From Eledone cirrhosa (lineage: Eukaryota): 64,000 nt of DNA. Both the position numbers and the translations under genes were made by a program. Shown piece by piece: positions 24,950-36,078 of the stretch. The notes beneath the pieces are model-generated. The model did no database searches, had not been told where the DNA came from, and was given only the letters and a program-made list of their open reading frames with translations. The stretch covers positions 34,224,001 through 34,288,000 of the forward strand of contig OZ024755.1 in the NCBI GenBank assembly GCA_964016885.1. The letters are read 5' to 3'. Positions within the stretch are counted from its first letter, which is position 1; each line of letters begins with the position of its first letter.

Positions 24950-25118
24950 ACTTTTTTAGTTTCAGAAGATCCCGTTAAGGGTGAAAGCAGCGATTCTTTG
25001 CTTAAACTTTAATCTGTTATTTTAATAAATATATATATACGGTTCTTATATATTTGATATATATTTATCCTTATCGAGCCCTGTTTGGATTTTAGTCTTC
25101 TAATTTATTATTATTATT
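24950..25118 (+). mobile_element. Probable Penelope-like 3' end with degenerate hammerhead core
   Basis: CAGAAGA-TCCC-GTTAA-GGGT-GAAA (24963-24986), AATAAA 25024, end TTGGATTTTAGTCTTC..ATTTATTATTATT also found at 63578-63609. Confidence 0.45.
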
Positions 25119-25250
25119 ATATATATATATATATCCTGCCGAGGTTGACTTTGCCTTTCATCCTTACGGGGTCAATAAAATAAAGTACCAGTAATGCACT
25201 GGGTAATTGCTGGCCTTGTGCCTAAAGTAGAAACAATTATTATATATATA

Positions 25251-25512
25251 TAGGAAAAGAGTACTCTGGTGCATTATGGTCCACCTGGTTTCTTACCACA
25301 CCTTCTTTGTTATATATATATATATATATAGGAAATTTTTTGACCCCGACGGCAGAGCTCAAGCCGTTTCGACGGCTATTTCTGGACCGTTGAAACGGCT
25401 TGAGCTCTGCCATCGGGATCAAACATTTTCCTATTACCCACTCTACTACCCTAAGTATTGAGTACTCTGGTGCATTATGGCCCATCTGGTTCCTTACCAC
25501 ACCTCCTTCGTT
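25251..25512 (+). mobile_element. Two family C elements (mini 25251-25312; 25329-25512)
   Basis: Both start (TA)n-GGAAA and end ...TTACCACACCT.CTT.GTTA-(TA)n. Confidence 0.75.
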
Positions 25513-25519
25513 ATATATA

Positions 25520-25893
25520 TATAAGTATTAATAAAATAGATGTTCTTTTGATCAATTACATTTTATTATACATATTTCGGATGTACAACAGTACGTCCTC
25601 ATCAGACAAAATATAATGATACATGACATACCCTGAGATGTTAAATGGTTAAGATTTAATCAAGGTAGTCATTTAACATCTCAGGGTATGTCATGTATCA
25701 TTATATTTTGTCTGATGAGGACGTACTGTTGTACATCCGAAATATGTATAATAAAATGTAATTGATCAAAAGAACATCTATTTTATTAATACTTATATTA
25801 ATAACTCCTTAAAATTATTTTTTCAGTTGAGTGCTTCCAATCTACTGTAAAACTCATTCTTTGACATAATCATTGAATATTGTTTAACAACTT
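25520..25893 (+). mobile_element. Family E fold-back element: 128-bp inverted arms plus 3' tail, hammerhead in each arm
   Basis: Arms 25520-25647 / 25670-25797; tail contains GTTGAGTGCTT; TA flanks. Confidence 0.8.
25700..25762 (+). ncRNA. Minimal type I hammerhead ribozyme motif
   Basis: Stem I ATTATATTTTGT/ATAAAATGTAAT; CTGATGA 25712-25718; stem II GGACGTAC-TGTT-GTACATCC; GAAA 25739-25742; short stem III TATGTA; UA cleavage after 25750. Confidence 0.8.
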
Positions 25894-26142
25894 ATATATA
25901 TATATATATGTATGTATATATATATATGTATATATATATATATGTATGTATGTATGTATCGTTGTTGTGGTATATGGATGACCACTGCCATCGGTCATTT
26001 TTCTCGGTGTCAAAAAAATTTAACTGTTGTGTTTACTTTGGACGATAATGTATTAATATTTCGCTCCATTGAGTGTTTTGTGATTGCCTCAAACACCTCA
26101 ATTAGTACCTACTATATGGCAGCTACAACTTTGATTAATAGC

Positions 26143-26182
<40 letters not shown>

Positions 26183-26183
<1 letters not shown>

Positions 26184-26380
26184 CAAGTAAGTATGTTTTG
26201 AAACAGCGAGCTTGTTTGAAAATAGAAATAGAAGCTTTCGCCATATTTCTGATGAGTATTTTGATGAATATTGACATACATATTAATACTCATTGTTTTC
26301 CATTTCTTAGACGGTTCTAACCCCCACTATCAGGCTAAAATTTCTTTAGTCAAAAATACAGCAAAAGCTTCTATTTCTTT
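26183..26380 (-). mobile_element. (TA)n-embedded fold-back element related in design to family C
   Basis: AGAAATAGAAGCTTTCGCCATATTT vs AAATACAGCAAAAGCTTCTATTTCT; GAAAGCTTC half-hammerhead on minus; CAGGCTAAAA..TTTAGT shared with about 10123-10145. Confidence 0.5.
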
Positions 26381-26388
26381 ATATATGT

Positions 26389-26738
26389 GGAGGCACATGG
26401 CTTAGTGGTTAGAGCATTGGCCTTGCAATCAAAATGTTTTGAGTTCAATTCTCAGACCGGGTGTTGTGTTGTTTCCTTGAGCAAGACACTTTATTTCACA
26501 TTGCTCCAGTTTACTCAGCTGTAGAAATGAGATGATAGGGACTGGGGTCCCTATCATTCCACTGCAAAGTGGTCGTGGAGGTGCCACGGCAAAAAAAAGC
26601 ACCCAGCACTCACCATAAATGAGGTTGGTGTTAGGAAGGGCATCCAGCTGTAGAAATCAAGCCAGAATCAGTTCCCGTCCCACCCTTGCAAGCAGGGAAA
26701 AAGCGGACGTAAAATGAAATGATGATGATGAAGATGAT
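26389..26738 (+). mobile_element. SINE family A
   Basis: A box, B box, (TGA)n tail. Confidence 0.92.
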
Positions 26739-26852
26739 GTGTGTATATATATATGTGTGTGTGTGTGTGTATATAAGTAACTTACATAGAGCACTCTTCA
26801 TTCTTTTTCAATTTTCAACGGACACTTCAATACATACATATATATATATATA

Positions 26853-27040
26853 TAACAAAGGAATTGTGGTAAGGAACCAGATGGACCATAACGCACCAGA
26901 GTACTTAGGGTAGTAGAGTGGGTAATAGGAAAAGGTATGACCCCGACGGCAGAGCTCAATCCGTTTCGATGGCTATTTCTGGACTAGAAATAGCCGTCGA
27001 AACGGCTTGAGCTCTGCCGTCGGGGTCATACCTTTTCCTA
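26853..27040 (-). mobile_element. Family C fold-back element
   Basis: About 55-bp arms around GGACT; tail on left. Confidence 0.78.
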
Positions 27041-27056
27041 TATATATATATATATA

Positions 27057-27319
27057 TACGATATTAAACAAATGGAAACTATATTTATAAAACCATATTT
27101 ATTTCGTTATATATATTTCTGGGATATCATATTAAAAATATGGTATGCCTTCCTCAGACAAAATACAATACATAAGCTGTTAACGAAATAAATATGGTTT
27201 TATAAATATAGTTTCCATTTGTTTAATATCGTAAACCTACTCCAGAAACTGTTGAGTGCTTTTATATCAGTTATAAAATATTTACTCGTTGTAACCCAAC
27301 AATCTTAAATAAAACTTTT

Positions 27320-27322
<3 letters not shown>
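27057..27322 (+). mobile_element. Family E fold-back element with hammerhead on the inverted (minus) arm, about 27098-27170
   Basis: Minus: CTGAGGA-AGGCATACCATATT-TTT-AATATGATATCCCA-GAAA-TATATA-TA; IR 27057-27109 / 27181-27233; tail with GTTGAGTGCTTT. Confidence 0.78.
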
Positions 27323-27353
<31 letters not shown>

Positions 27354-28228
27354 ATTTCAAGTTTTACTTTGAAATTGTAGTTATATCCTGGCAACATGTC
27401 GAATTATGTGAGAAATGAATTAATTCCCTCTGTCATATATACATACAATATACACATAACTTTCAGAATTATTTGTCCTATCTTTAACATGGTGTATCTA
27501 GTAAAGCAGCAATAGCCACAAGTAAATACAATTGTATAGTATCCAACCTTTTTCCTAAACATTTATTTCTACTTATTTTCATTATTTTCAGAGACTCACC
27601 ATTAAAACATAACTCAATTTATAATAGTTAATTCATTTTAGAATTTATCATTGTCGTCTAATGAAAAAAAAATAAAACTTTAATTTAATATTTTATCTTC
27701 ATTTTTATATTGTCTTGTTATTTTTTTTTTTTTCGTTTTCTTTTCCTATCTGTTGGTAATAAAAAAAAATACATAAAAAAGTAAAAATTGTAATAAAATA
27801 TTCAGGTTAATATTTAGATGACTTTTATCTCCAATTTTCTTTTCTTTTAATTTATTTTAATGAATAAATTATTATTTGTCAGATCATCAACAGACAATAG
27901 AGTTTTTCTATTGAAATTTCATTTCACCACCCACTCTGCCATTCTTCATGTTACATTAAGTTAATTAGATTTTTTCAAATTGACAATAAAAAAAAAAACA
28001 AAAAAAAAAAAAAACAAGGAAAGAAATTAACAAAAATATATGAGGAGTAATCATAATATTTTCTTAGCTTCTCAACTCAGAGATCTACAAAATCTAGCAA
28101 CTTTTTTAAATAGAAAAAGTTCACAAAGTGAAAAAGTTAGTGCACCATGTGGAATCGGAAAGAATCTGTTTCTCGCAGACCCCTACATCAAAGGAGAGAT
28201 CAGTTACTACCAATACTAAATTATATAC

Positions 28229-28421
28229 AATAATTGTTTCTACTTTTGGTACAAGGACAGCAATTACCCCAGTGCATTACTGGTACTTTATTTTATCGAG
28301 CCGTAAGGATGAAAGGCAAAGTTAACCTCGGCAGAATTTGAACCCAGAACGTAAAGGGCCGTAACTCTATGTTGCAAGGCATGGTGTCTGATGCTGGACC
28401 GACACTGTCAATCTACCGCCT
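28229..28421 (-). mobile_element. SINE family B, 16-bp TSD (1 mismatch)
   Basis: CTAAATTATATA(C/T)AAT at 28216-28231 and 28422-28437. Confidence 0.9.
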
Positions 28422-29156
28422 CTAAATTATATATAATATACAATCTGTAAAGTGACTGGTGATAAGAATAAGAATCCTGCTATAGAAAATCTGCCAAATA
28501 AATGGTCAGGCAGAATCTTTCACTGTGTCAAACACACAACAACCTTCTTCGTGTTGGTGTCACAAATTAAATGCACTAGACAGAGTACAGAAACATATAT
28601 GACATGTGTCCCCCCCAGGAGGTCTGAACACTCAGTAGAATGTGGCATTGTATATAAGTGAAAAGCAGGCCTCCCATCTAAGATGTCAGTAGTTCTGCTT
28701 GAGTACTGAAAATGTCTGTGATGACTCATCCATCCCTTGCTACCAGGAAAATGGATGTTAAATGATGATGATGATGATAGTATATTGTAGTAATAGTGCA
28801 TGTGCTGAAGAGAGGAGGGATAGACGTGGTGGCGGTGGTGGTGTTGTTATTCTATGAGGTGTACTGTTGTTTTTATGCAGAAAGAGTTAGATTCAATGGC
28901 TGGTGAAGAAAATGGCAGTGCTGTGCGGGAAGAGGAATATTGGTGATAAATTTAGAGGTCAAGATTTGAACTTGTGTTGTTAGGATGAAAATAGTTTACC
29001 AGAATTTGGCAGTATTGTTTATGTCTATGCATACAATTACATACCATAACTCAAACTAGCTTGTTAGATTGAATAAGTAAAAGAGAGCACAGCCAAGCAA
29101 CAGAATAAGATACATTCATTAATACCTGTGGCTAACATTTTTTCTTGTGTTTACAG

Positions 29157-29200
29157 GGACAGAAAGAGCCATGGGGTATAGCGATTCCACAAATTAAAAG
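29157..29200 (+). CDS. Candidate 44-bp internal exon of an unidentified host gene (GQKEPWGIAIPQIK..)
   Basis: GCTAAC branch point, pyrimidine tract, TTTACAG acceptor; AAG|GTAAAC donor; one frame open. Confidence 0.35.
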
Positions 29201-29517
29201 GTAAACTGGCAAGTTGAAATGTTGAATTATATGGTTTTAACGTCGTTTGGGTGTGCAGAGGAGGTTTTTATGAAAGAAATAACATAGGTGATGGCTAGTT
29301 TCAACTTCTCAGAGAGACTTGCAAACTTTTCAGGTAAGATAGTAAATAAGGTTAGTGGTGGTGTAACAAAAGGGAACAGTAACTTTTAAATCTGGGTATG
29401 AGTGCACCCAATTAGATGAATATAAATGTATTGCTACATTTGAAAAGACAAGTGCGGCATCTTGAGCGAGAATGTTTGAAGGTGCCAGGAAGTGTGTAGC
29501 AAGAAGCAAGAGAACTG

Positions 29518-29705
29518 AGAGCTTTTTGTCATGGCACCAACATGACCACTCTACAGTGTGGACTGGGAGCTTTTTGTCATGGCACCAACATGACCACTTT
29601 ACAGTGTGGACTGGGAGCTTTTTGTCATGGCACCTACACAACCACTTTACAGTGTGGGCTGGGTGCTTTCTGTCATGACACCAGCACAACCCCCTTACAG
29701 TGTGG
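29518..29705 (-). repeat. About 4 copies of the 48-bp A2 internal module
   Basis: Reverse complement of the unit at 4009 and 60770. Confidence 0.8.
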
Positions 29706-30345
29706 CCTGTGCAATTTTTGCTGTAAATCTAGAATTAAATTATGCTTTGTGTCCAATATTTTTAAAGAAAATAAAGTTTGTTTTCAGGGAATTTGACTGC
29801 TATTTCTAACAGATCAAGTAATTATATAGTAACTCCTCTCTTGTTGGTTTGGTTTCACTCGCAATGTATCAGTCTAATAATCAAATCAATAGGTTTTGGT
29901 GTATAATACACATAGGTAGAAATGTGAGATGTATTGATAATGACAACATGTCAGGAATAGTGACAAAGTATGGGAGGTGATTGGAGGGAAATCGAAAGTT
30001 ATGTGGAATGTGTTGATGTACAAAATGAAGACAGTAAGTTCATCCCCAGAGAATTATGTAGCACCTATACAGTTGTTGGAATAATGAATAGTTCTGGAGT
30101 TCACTTGTTGAATTAAGAAAAGATCTGTACCAAGATTAGCAGGAATAGAACTAAACTTGGTACTGACAGTTTATTACTTCCTTGCAGTTACAATGACAAA
30201 TATGAAAAGGGAGTGTCTTTGCAATTTATGCAGAACAAACACTACAGGGAAATTTATTTCAAAGTCATGGGTTTATCAATTTTCTCTATGAGAGATGAGC
30301 ACTGCCAGGCATTCCTAAGACCCACTGAAAACCCACAATAGAAAC

Positions 30346-30541
30346 CAGACTTGCCAACCTCTAAAAACCCAATTAGGGAGTATCATGCAAAACAGAGCCC
30401 CAAAATGGGGAGAAATGAGGCAAGATGGGAAGATTTTACATAATGAAAGCTATACCCATTTTTACAGGAGAAGTCATCTCTCACCCACGCCAAAGTGGGT
30501 GGGAGATCTCCCCGTCCGACGGGAGAGATTTGACAAGCCTG
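30346..30541 (+). mobile_element. hAT-like MITE, second copy
   Basis: CAGACTTGCCAAC ... TTGACAAGCCTG; degenerate 8-bp flanks ATAGAAAC / AGACACAC. Confidence 0.72.
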
Positions 30542-30739
30542 AGACACACAGTTAAAGGTCTAGATTAGTTCTCCAATGACTGGCTACACCAGTTGCAGAA
30601 ACATGATTGATAGATATTTAAGTAACTGATGATCTTTGCCGGCATGCAATCTACAAGGCTGCTCAGTTCTTTGAGGATTTGTCTTGTAATAGTTCTAACT
30701 TGTTGGGAATTTCATTTCTTTCTTTTGTTGTTGTTGTTG

Positions 30740-31091
30740 CAGATAAATGATGACAGACGTAAAGTATGGAAGGAGTATTTGTGGACTCTGTCCCCACAGA
30801 CCTCTCAGGAATAAGTGGAAGAAGAAGAAGAAGAAGGCGAAGAAGAAGAAGAAGGTGAAGAAGAAGAAGAAAAAGGCGAAGAAGAAGAAGAAAAAAAAGG
30901 CAAAGAAGAAGAAGAAGACAAAGAAGGCAAATAATAAGAAGGCAAAGAATAAGAAGGCAAAGAAGAAGGCAAAGAAGAAGAAGGCAAAGAAGAAGAAGGC
31001 AAAGAAGAAGAAGGCAAAGAAGAAGAAGGCAAAAAAGAAGAAGAAGAAGGCAAAGAAGAAGAAGAAAAAGGTAAAGAAGGCAAAGAAGAAG
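30740..31091 (+). mobile_element. RTE-clade LINE 3' tip with expanded (GAA)n/GGCAAA tail
   Basis: TGGAAGGAGTATTTG..GACTCTG.CCC.ACA...CTC.CAGGAATAAGTGG-GAAGAAG resembles 42300-42364. Confidence 0.72.
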
Positions 31092-31953
31092 TTCTCAAAT
31101 AAAGACATAGATTCTGTTATAACTCTTTTACTACCAACTTTCTAATAAAATACACTTTGTATCCATTTCAAATAATTTTTAAAATAATGGTATTGTTTAT
31201 TGACCACAAGGGCCGACCTATAGGGGACAGTACAATAAAGGGAGAGTGTGGGAAGGTTTACAATAAACTAGACCATAACCGGCTGCTCGTACTTATGTTG
31301 AGGTATTATTCTCAAAATAAATAATATCAAAATCTCATAGAATCGATATGATGTGGAATAATTATGTGAGGTAAAGCCTTTACCTTGAAAATACAATAGA
31401 TACAAATAATATAGAGTAATGTAAATGTTAAAGAGTTAAGTTACAGAGAAAAACAGTTGACACACATGTGGGTGTGTATGTATACGTGTGCTTGTGCACG
31501 TGTGTATGTGTACATGTGCTTGTGCACGTGTGTGTTTGCATGTCAGTGTCGGAGGTATTTATGAATTAAAAGTTCAAAGAATAACATTTTATTGCGAATG
31601 TTCTGAAGGCAACACATATATAAAACTCATGACAATGTAGTAAATGTAGAAAAACAGTGTTTCATTGTAAAAAAATCATTCCATATTTTAGCACCTTATT
31701 TATATAGAATTTAAAGGTGGGGGAAAATCGTCAAAATATTCGCCCATTTTACCATCGATGTTTTGGTCACATATACCTCGGATTATATTCGAGTATGTAC
31801 AACAAGTAAAATAACAAACTTGACATTATTAAGTTGGTGTTTGGAACACACAGTAACTTAACATAACAGGGCTTTGCAGGGTGTTCCAGCCCTAATTATG
31901 CTGTCTTTCTATAGTTAGGTTTGACTATACTATGTGATATACTATTTCATTAT

Positions 31954-32380
31954 TTAACTCTTTAGCATTTAAACCAGCCATATCGAGCCAGAATTTACTC
32001 ACCTCTTTCTGTTCAAACTGGCTGTAATCAACCACTCATACTGATGTTAGGGTATTGTTCTCAAAATAAATAATATCAAAATTTCATAGACTCGATATTA
32101 TATGAGATAATTATTGTTTCTACTTTTGGCACAAGGCCATCAATTACCCAGTACATTACTGGTACTTTATTTTATCGACCCCGTAAGGATGAAAGGCAAA
32201 GTTAACCTCGGCGGGATTTGAACTCAGACCGCAAAGGGACGTAACTATGCTGGAAAGCATGGCATCCGACTCTCTACCGATACTGCCAATCCACCGCCCT
32301 TTATATGAGATAATTATGTGAGGTCCTTACCTTGAAAATACAATAGTATATATAGAGTAATGTAAATGGTAAAGGGCTAA
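31954..32380 (+). mobile_element. Family G MITE carrying SINE B (32112-32299, -) with 17-bp TSD
   Basis: TTATATGAGATAATTAT at 32098-32114 and 32301-32317. Confidence 0.88.
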
Positions 32381-32759
32381 TGTGATAATATGAAGTATAA
32401 TTAGTAGTTATTTCTATCAGTTTCGGGTGAGCCCATAGAAGCTAATTTGTTGACACATTGAAGGAAATAATGTAGTAGATTAAAGATGAAAGAGAGCATA
32501 AGAATAAATTTAATAGAAAGTTTGAACAAAAATACATTCTACATTTTGGTTTAACAAGCTGAAAGTATAAAGACTGGAAAGAGGAACAGAATAAAATGTG
32601 GGAGAGAAAAAGAAAGAAAGAGAATCGGAGAGAGGAGGGGAGGGAAAAGACAGACAAAAGAGAAAGTGGCAGAAAAGAAATCAGAAAGTGTACAACAAAA
32701 AGAGTTAAGAGAAGTAAATTCAAAACACCGACTTCTATATGCTCACGTCTCAAAAGACT

Positions 32760-33105
32760 GTGAGCTGTGAGCATATAGAAGACTTTTGAGTATATCGTGG
32801 TCAGAAGAGAGATATAGTACTAAAAATGGAAAAAAATTAAGAAAGTTTTATTAGAAATCATCAAAAAGAGAAAACTAAAATATTTTGGACATTTAATTAG
32901 AAAAAAAAAATGGTTTACAGAGACTACTAATAGAAAGCAAAATGAATGAGAAGAAAGGAAAAGGAAAGTGAAGACTTACATGGATGGATAATATCAAGAA
33001 TTTGATAATACAGTGAAAGTGTAATATAGTACAAGAAAACCTGTGCTGACTGTGAATGATAATCAACTTACTGAGCACAGATGGTACCTGACAATAATGA
33101 TAATG
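32760..33105 (+). pseudogene. RTE/BovB-like LINE 3' fragment
   Basis: YRRLLSISW...LLEIIKKRKLKYFGHLIRK..GLQRLLIE.K...RLTWMDNIK...DGT* then a TAATGA-type tail. Confidence 0.8.
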
Positions 33106-33718
33106 TGTGATGTTGAATATCAGTAACTAAGTCACAGATGTACAAGGAGTAAAAACTGATATCTAATAATATACATATTATTATGGTAAAATAATAATGA
33201 AGTAAAAGCTAATATAACAGTGAATATATGATTTTAATGGCTACAATAAATCTATCACGATATATTTGTTTTTATCATAATAATAATACGAAGTTATTAA
33301 GCCAAATTCCTTTGTAAAATAAGTATGAGATTGCAAGTAGCAATGAAGTGAATAATCAGTTTCGATTTTATATCTGTTTTTTTTTTCTTTCTGTTTAATC
33401 TCTTTGATAGAAATTCTACAATTTTGTCAATGCATTTTATAAAGGAAGGCATAACCTGCTGCCAGTTGCTTTATAACACGAACCAGGTGCATCTTATCCT
33501 ACCATAGATATAATAGAGGTTATTTGTCAGGGCTAAAGGGTACCCTCTATCTATCAGATTTTATTCAGAGTTACTACGTCTATAGACAAGCTGCTTTTGC
33601 TACAGCTAGCGGAATTCATATCTCTAGAGAGAGGAACTGCTCTACCATATATATGAATAAATATATATATATACACATATATATGTAATTACATATATAC
33701 ATATATACATACATATAT

Positions 33719-34060
33719 GGAGGCACATGGCTTAGTGGTCAGAGCATTGGCCTTGCAATCGAAAGGTTGTGAGTTCAATTCTCAAACTGGGTGATGTGTT
33801 GTTTCCTTGAGCAAGACACTTTATTTCACATTGCTCCAGTTTACTCAGCTGTAGAAATGAGATGATAGGGACTGGGGTCCATATCATTCCACTGCAAAGT
33901 GGCCGTGTAGGCGCCACGGCAAAAAAGCACCCAGCACTCACTGTAAATGAGGTTGGTGTTAAGAAGTGCATCCAGCTGTAGAAATCAAGCCAGAACCAGT
34001 TCCTGTCCCACCCTTGCAAGCAGGGAAAAGCGGACGTAAAATGATGATGAATGATGAATG
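33719..34060 (+). mobile_element. SINE family A
   Basis: Full-length match. Confidence 0.92.
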
Positions 34061-34170
34061 ATATATATATATATACACATATATATATATATATACGTAT
34101 ATATACACATACACATATATACATACACATACATATATATACATATACACACATATATATATACATATAC

Positions 34171-34205
<35 letters not shown>

Positions 34206-34247
34206 TATATACATATATACATATACATATATACATATATATACATA

Positions 34248-34390
34248 TAGGAAAAGAGTCTGTCGAAATAGCTGGAGCTCAGCCGTCAGGGTCCTGACTC
34301 TTTTCCTATTACCCACTCTACTACCCTAAGTATTGAGTACTCTGGTGCGTGATAGTCCACCTGCTTCTTTACCACACTTTCTTTGTTTTA
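34248..34390 (+). mobile_element. Family C element with about 13-bp inverted arm
   Basis: TAGGAAAAGAGTC vs GACTCTTTTCCTA, then standard tail. Confidence 0.75.
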
Positions 34391-34412
34391 AACATATATA
34401 TACATATACATA

Positions 34413-34443
<31 letters not shown>

Positions 34444-34463
34444 TCACACACATATATATATAC

Positions 34464-34494
<31 letters not shown>

Positions 34495-34583
34495 TACATA
34501 TATATGTATATACACACACATATATATATATATACACACACACATATATATACATATATATGTATATATATATATATATATAT

Positions 34584-35220
34584 ATGAAAAAGTAAGTCCT
34601 TCATCAGTGACCCTCCAACCGTCCCAGGCATTTCATCGCTTTAAGGGCCATATGCCTCAGGTTGGTGCGAACAACGGCTAAAAAAAGTCGTTGGGACACG
34701 TAAATAAAGGGGACGTAGGGTAACAAACAAAAATGTTTAAGCAACGGAAAGTGAGAAGAAATAGACAAGTCCCAGATCTCTATGAATATAAACTCGGTGA
34801 AATCGTGAACAAGAGACAAAAGACCATCAAACCTGGTTGAAATGTGAGCAAGGAAAGAATTTCGCACAGGTCTAACGGGGGGGGGGAAGAAAAAGAAGAA
34901 GAAGAAGAAGAAGAAGAAGATAAAGGGGTCTGGTCTACGAATTCGGTAAACATAAGTTTTGTGAAGGCGCAGACGAAAGAGAGAGAGAGTAAAAAATTCC
35001 ATACCAGCTTGACCAAGACTGCGCGACCTTTTTGTTTGTTACCCTAACGTCCCCTTTATTTACGTGTCCCAACGACTTTTTTTAGCCGTTGTTCGCACCA
35101 ACCTGAGGCATATGGCCCTTAAAGCGATGAAATGCCTGGGACGGTTGGAGGGTCACTGATGAAGGACTTACTTTTTCATATGCACCACCATTTGCAACGC
35201 GCAGCCATCATTATTATTAT
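34584..35220 (+). mobile_element. (TA)n-embedded fold-back element with about 150-bp inverted arms and about 40-bp tail
   Basis: Arms about 34584-34733 / 35029-35180; hammerhead core words GAAA and CTGATGA in the arm. Confidence 0.75.
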
Positions 35221-35320
35221 ATATATATACATATATATATGTATATACACACACATATATATATGTATATATATATATACATATATATATATATGTATAT
35301 ACATATATATATGTATATAC

Positions 35321-35355
<35 letters not shown>

Positions 35356-35599
35356 CATATATATATATGTATATACACACATATATATATATACACACAT
35401 ATATATATGTATATACACATATATATATACACATATATGTATATATATATATACATATATATATGTATATATACACACATATATATATATATATATGTGT
35501 ATATATATATGTATATATATAACCAAAGATTAATATGGTCCGTTGATTAATCAACGGATACAATTTTACAATAGATTAGAAGCACTCGACAAAGGATTT

Positions 35600-35670
35600 T
35601 AGTAGTAGTGGTAGTAGTAGTAGTAGTAGTGGCGGTGGTGGCGGTAGTAGTAGTAGTAGTGGCAGTGGTG

Positions 35671-35701
<31 letters not shown>

Positions 35702-35721
35702 AAGTAGTAGTGGCGGTGGCG

Positions 35722-35752
<31 letters not shown>

Positions 35753-36078
35753 CAGCAGTAGTAGCGGTAATGGTAGTAGTAGTAGTAGTAGTAGCAGTAG
35801 TAGTAGTAGTAGCAGCAGTAGTAGTAGCAGCAGTAGTAGCAGCAGTAGTAGTAGTAGTAGCAGCAGTAGTAGTAGCAGCAGTAGTAGCAGCAGTAGTAGT
35901 AGTAGTAGCAGCAGTAGCAGTAGTAGTAGTAGTAGCAGTAGTAGCAGTACCAGTAGTATTAGTAGCAGCAGCAGCAGCAACAGTAGTAGTAGTAGTAGTA
36001 GTAGTAGTAGCAGCAGTAGTAATAGTAGTAATGGTCGTCATGATGGCGTTAGATCTAGTAGTGGTAGTGGTAGTAGTG
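35600..36078. repeat. Degenerate (GTA/GCA/GTG)n trinucleotide repeat
   Basis: Direct reading. Confidence 0.95.

Noticed and set aside
26389-26460. tRNA gene
   Set aside because: tRNA-like head of a SINE, continuous with the SINE body in all full copies
30747-31145. Lys/Ala-rich ORF resembling a protamine or histone H1 tail
   Set aside because: It is the expanded (GAA)n tail of an RTE 3' end; the same repeat style occurs at 49903-50216
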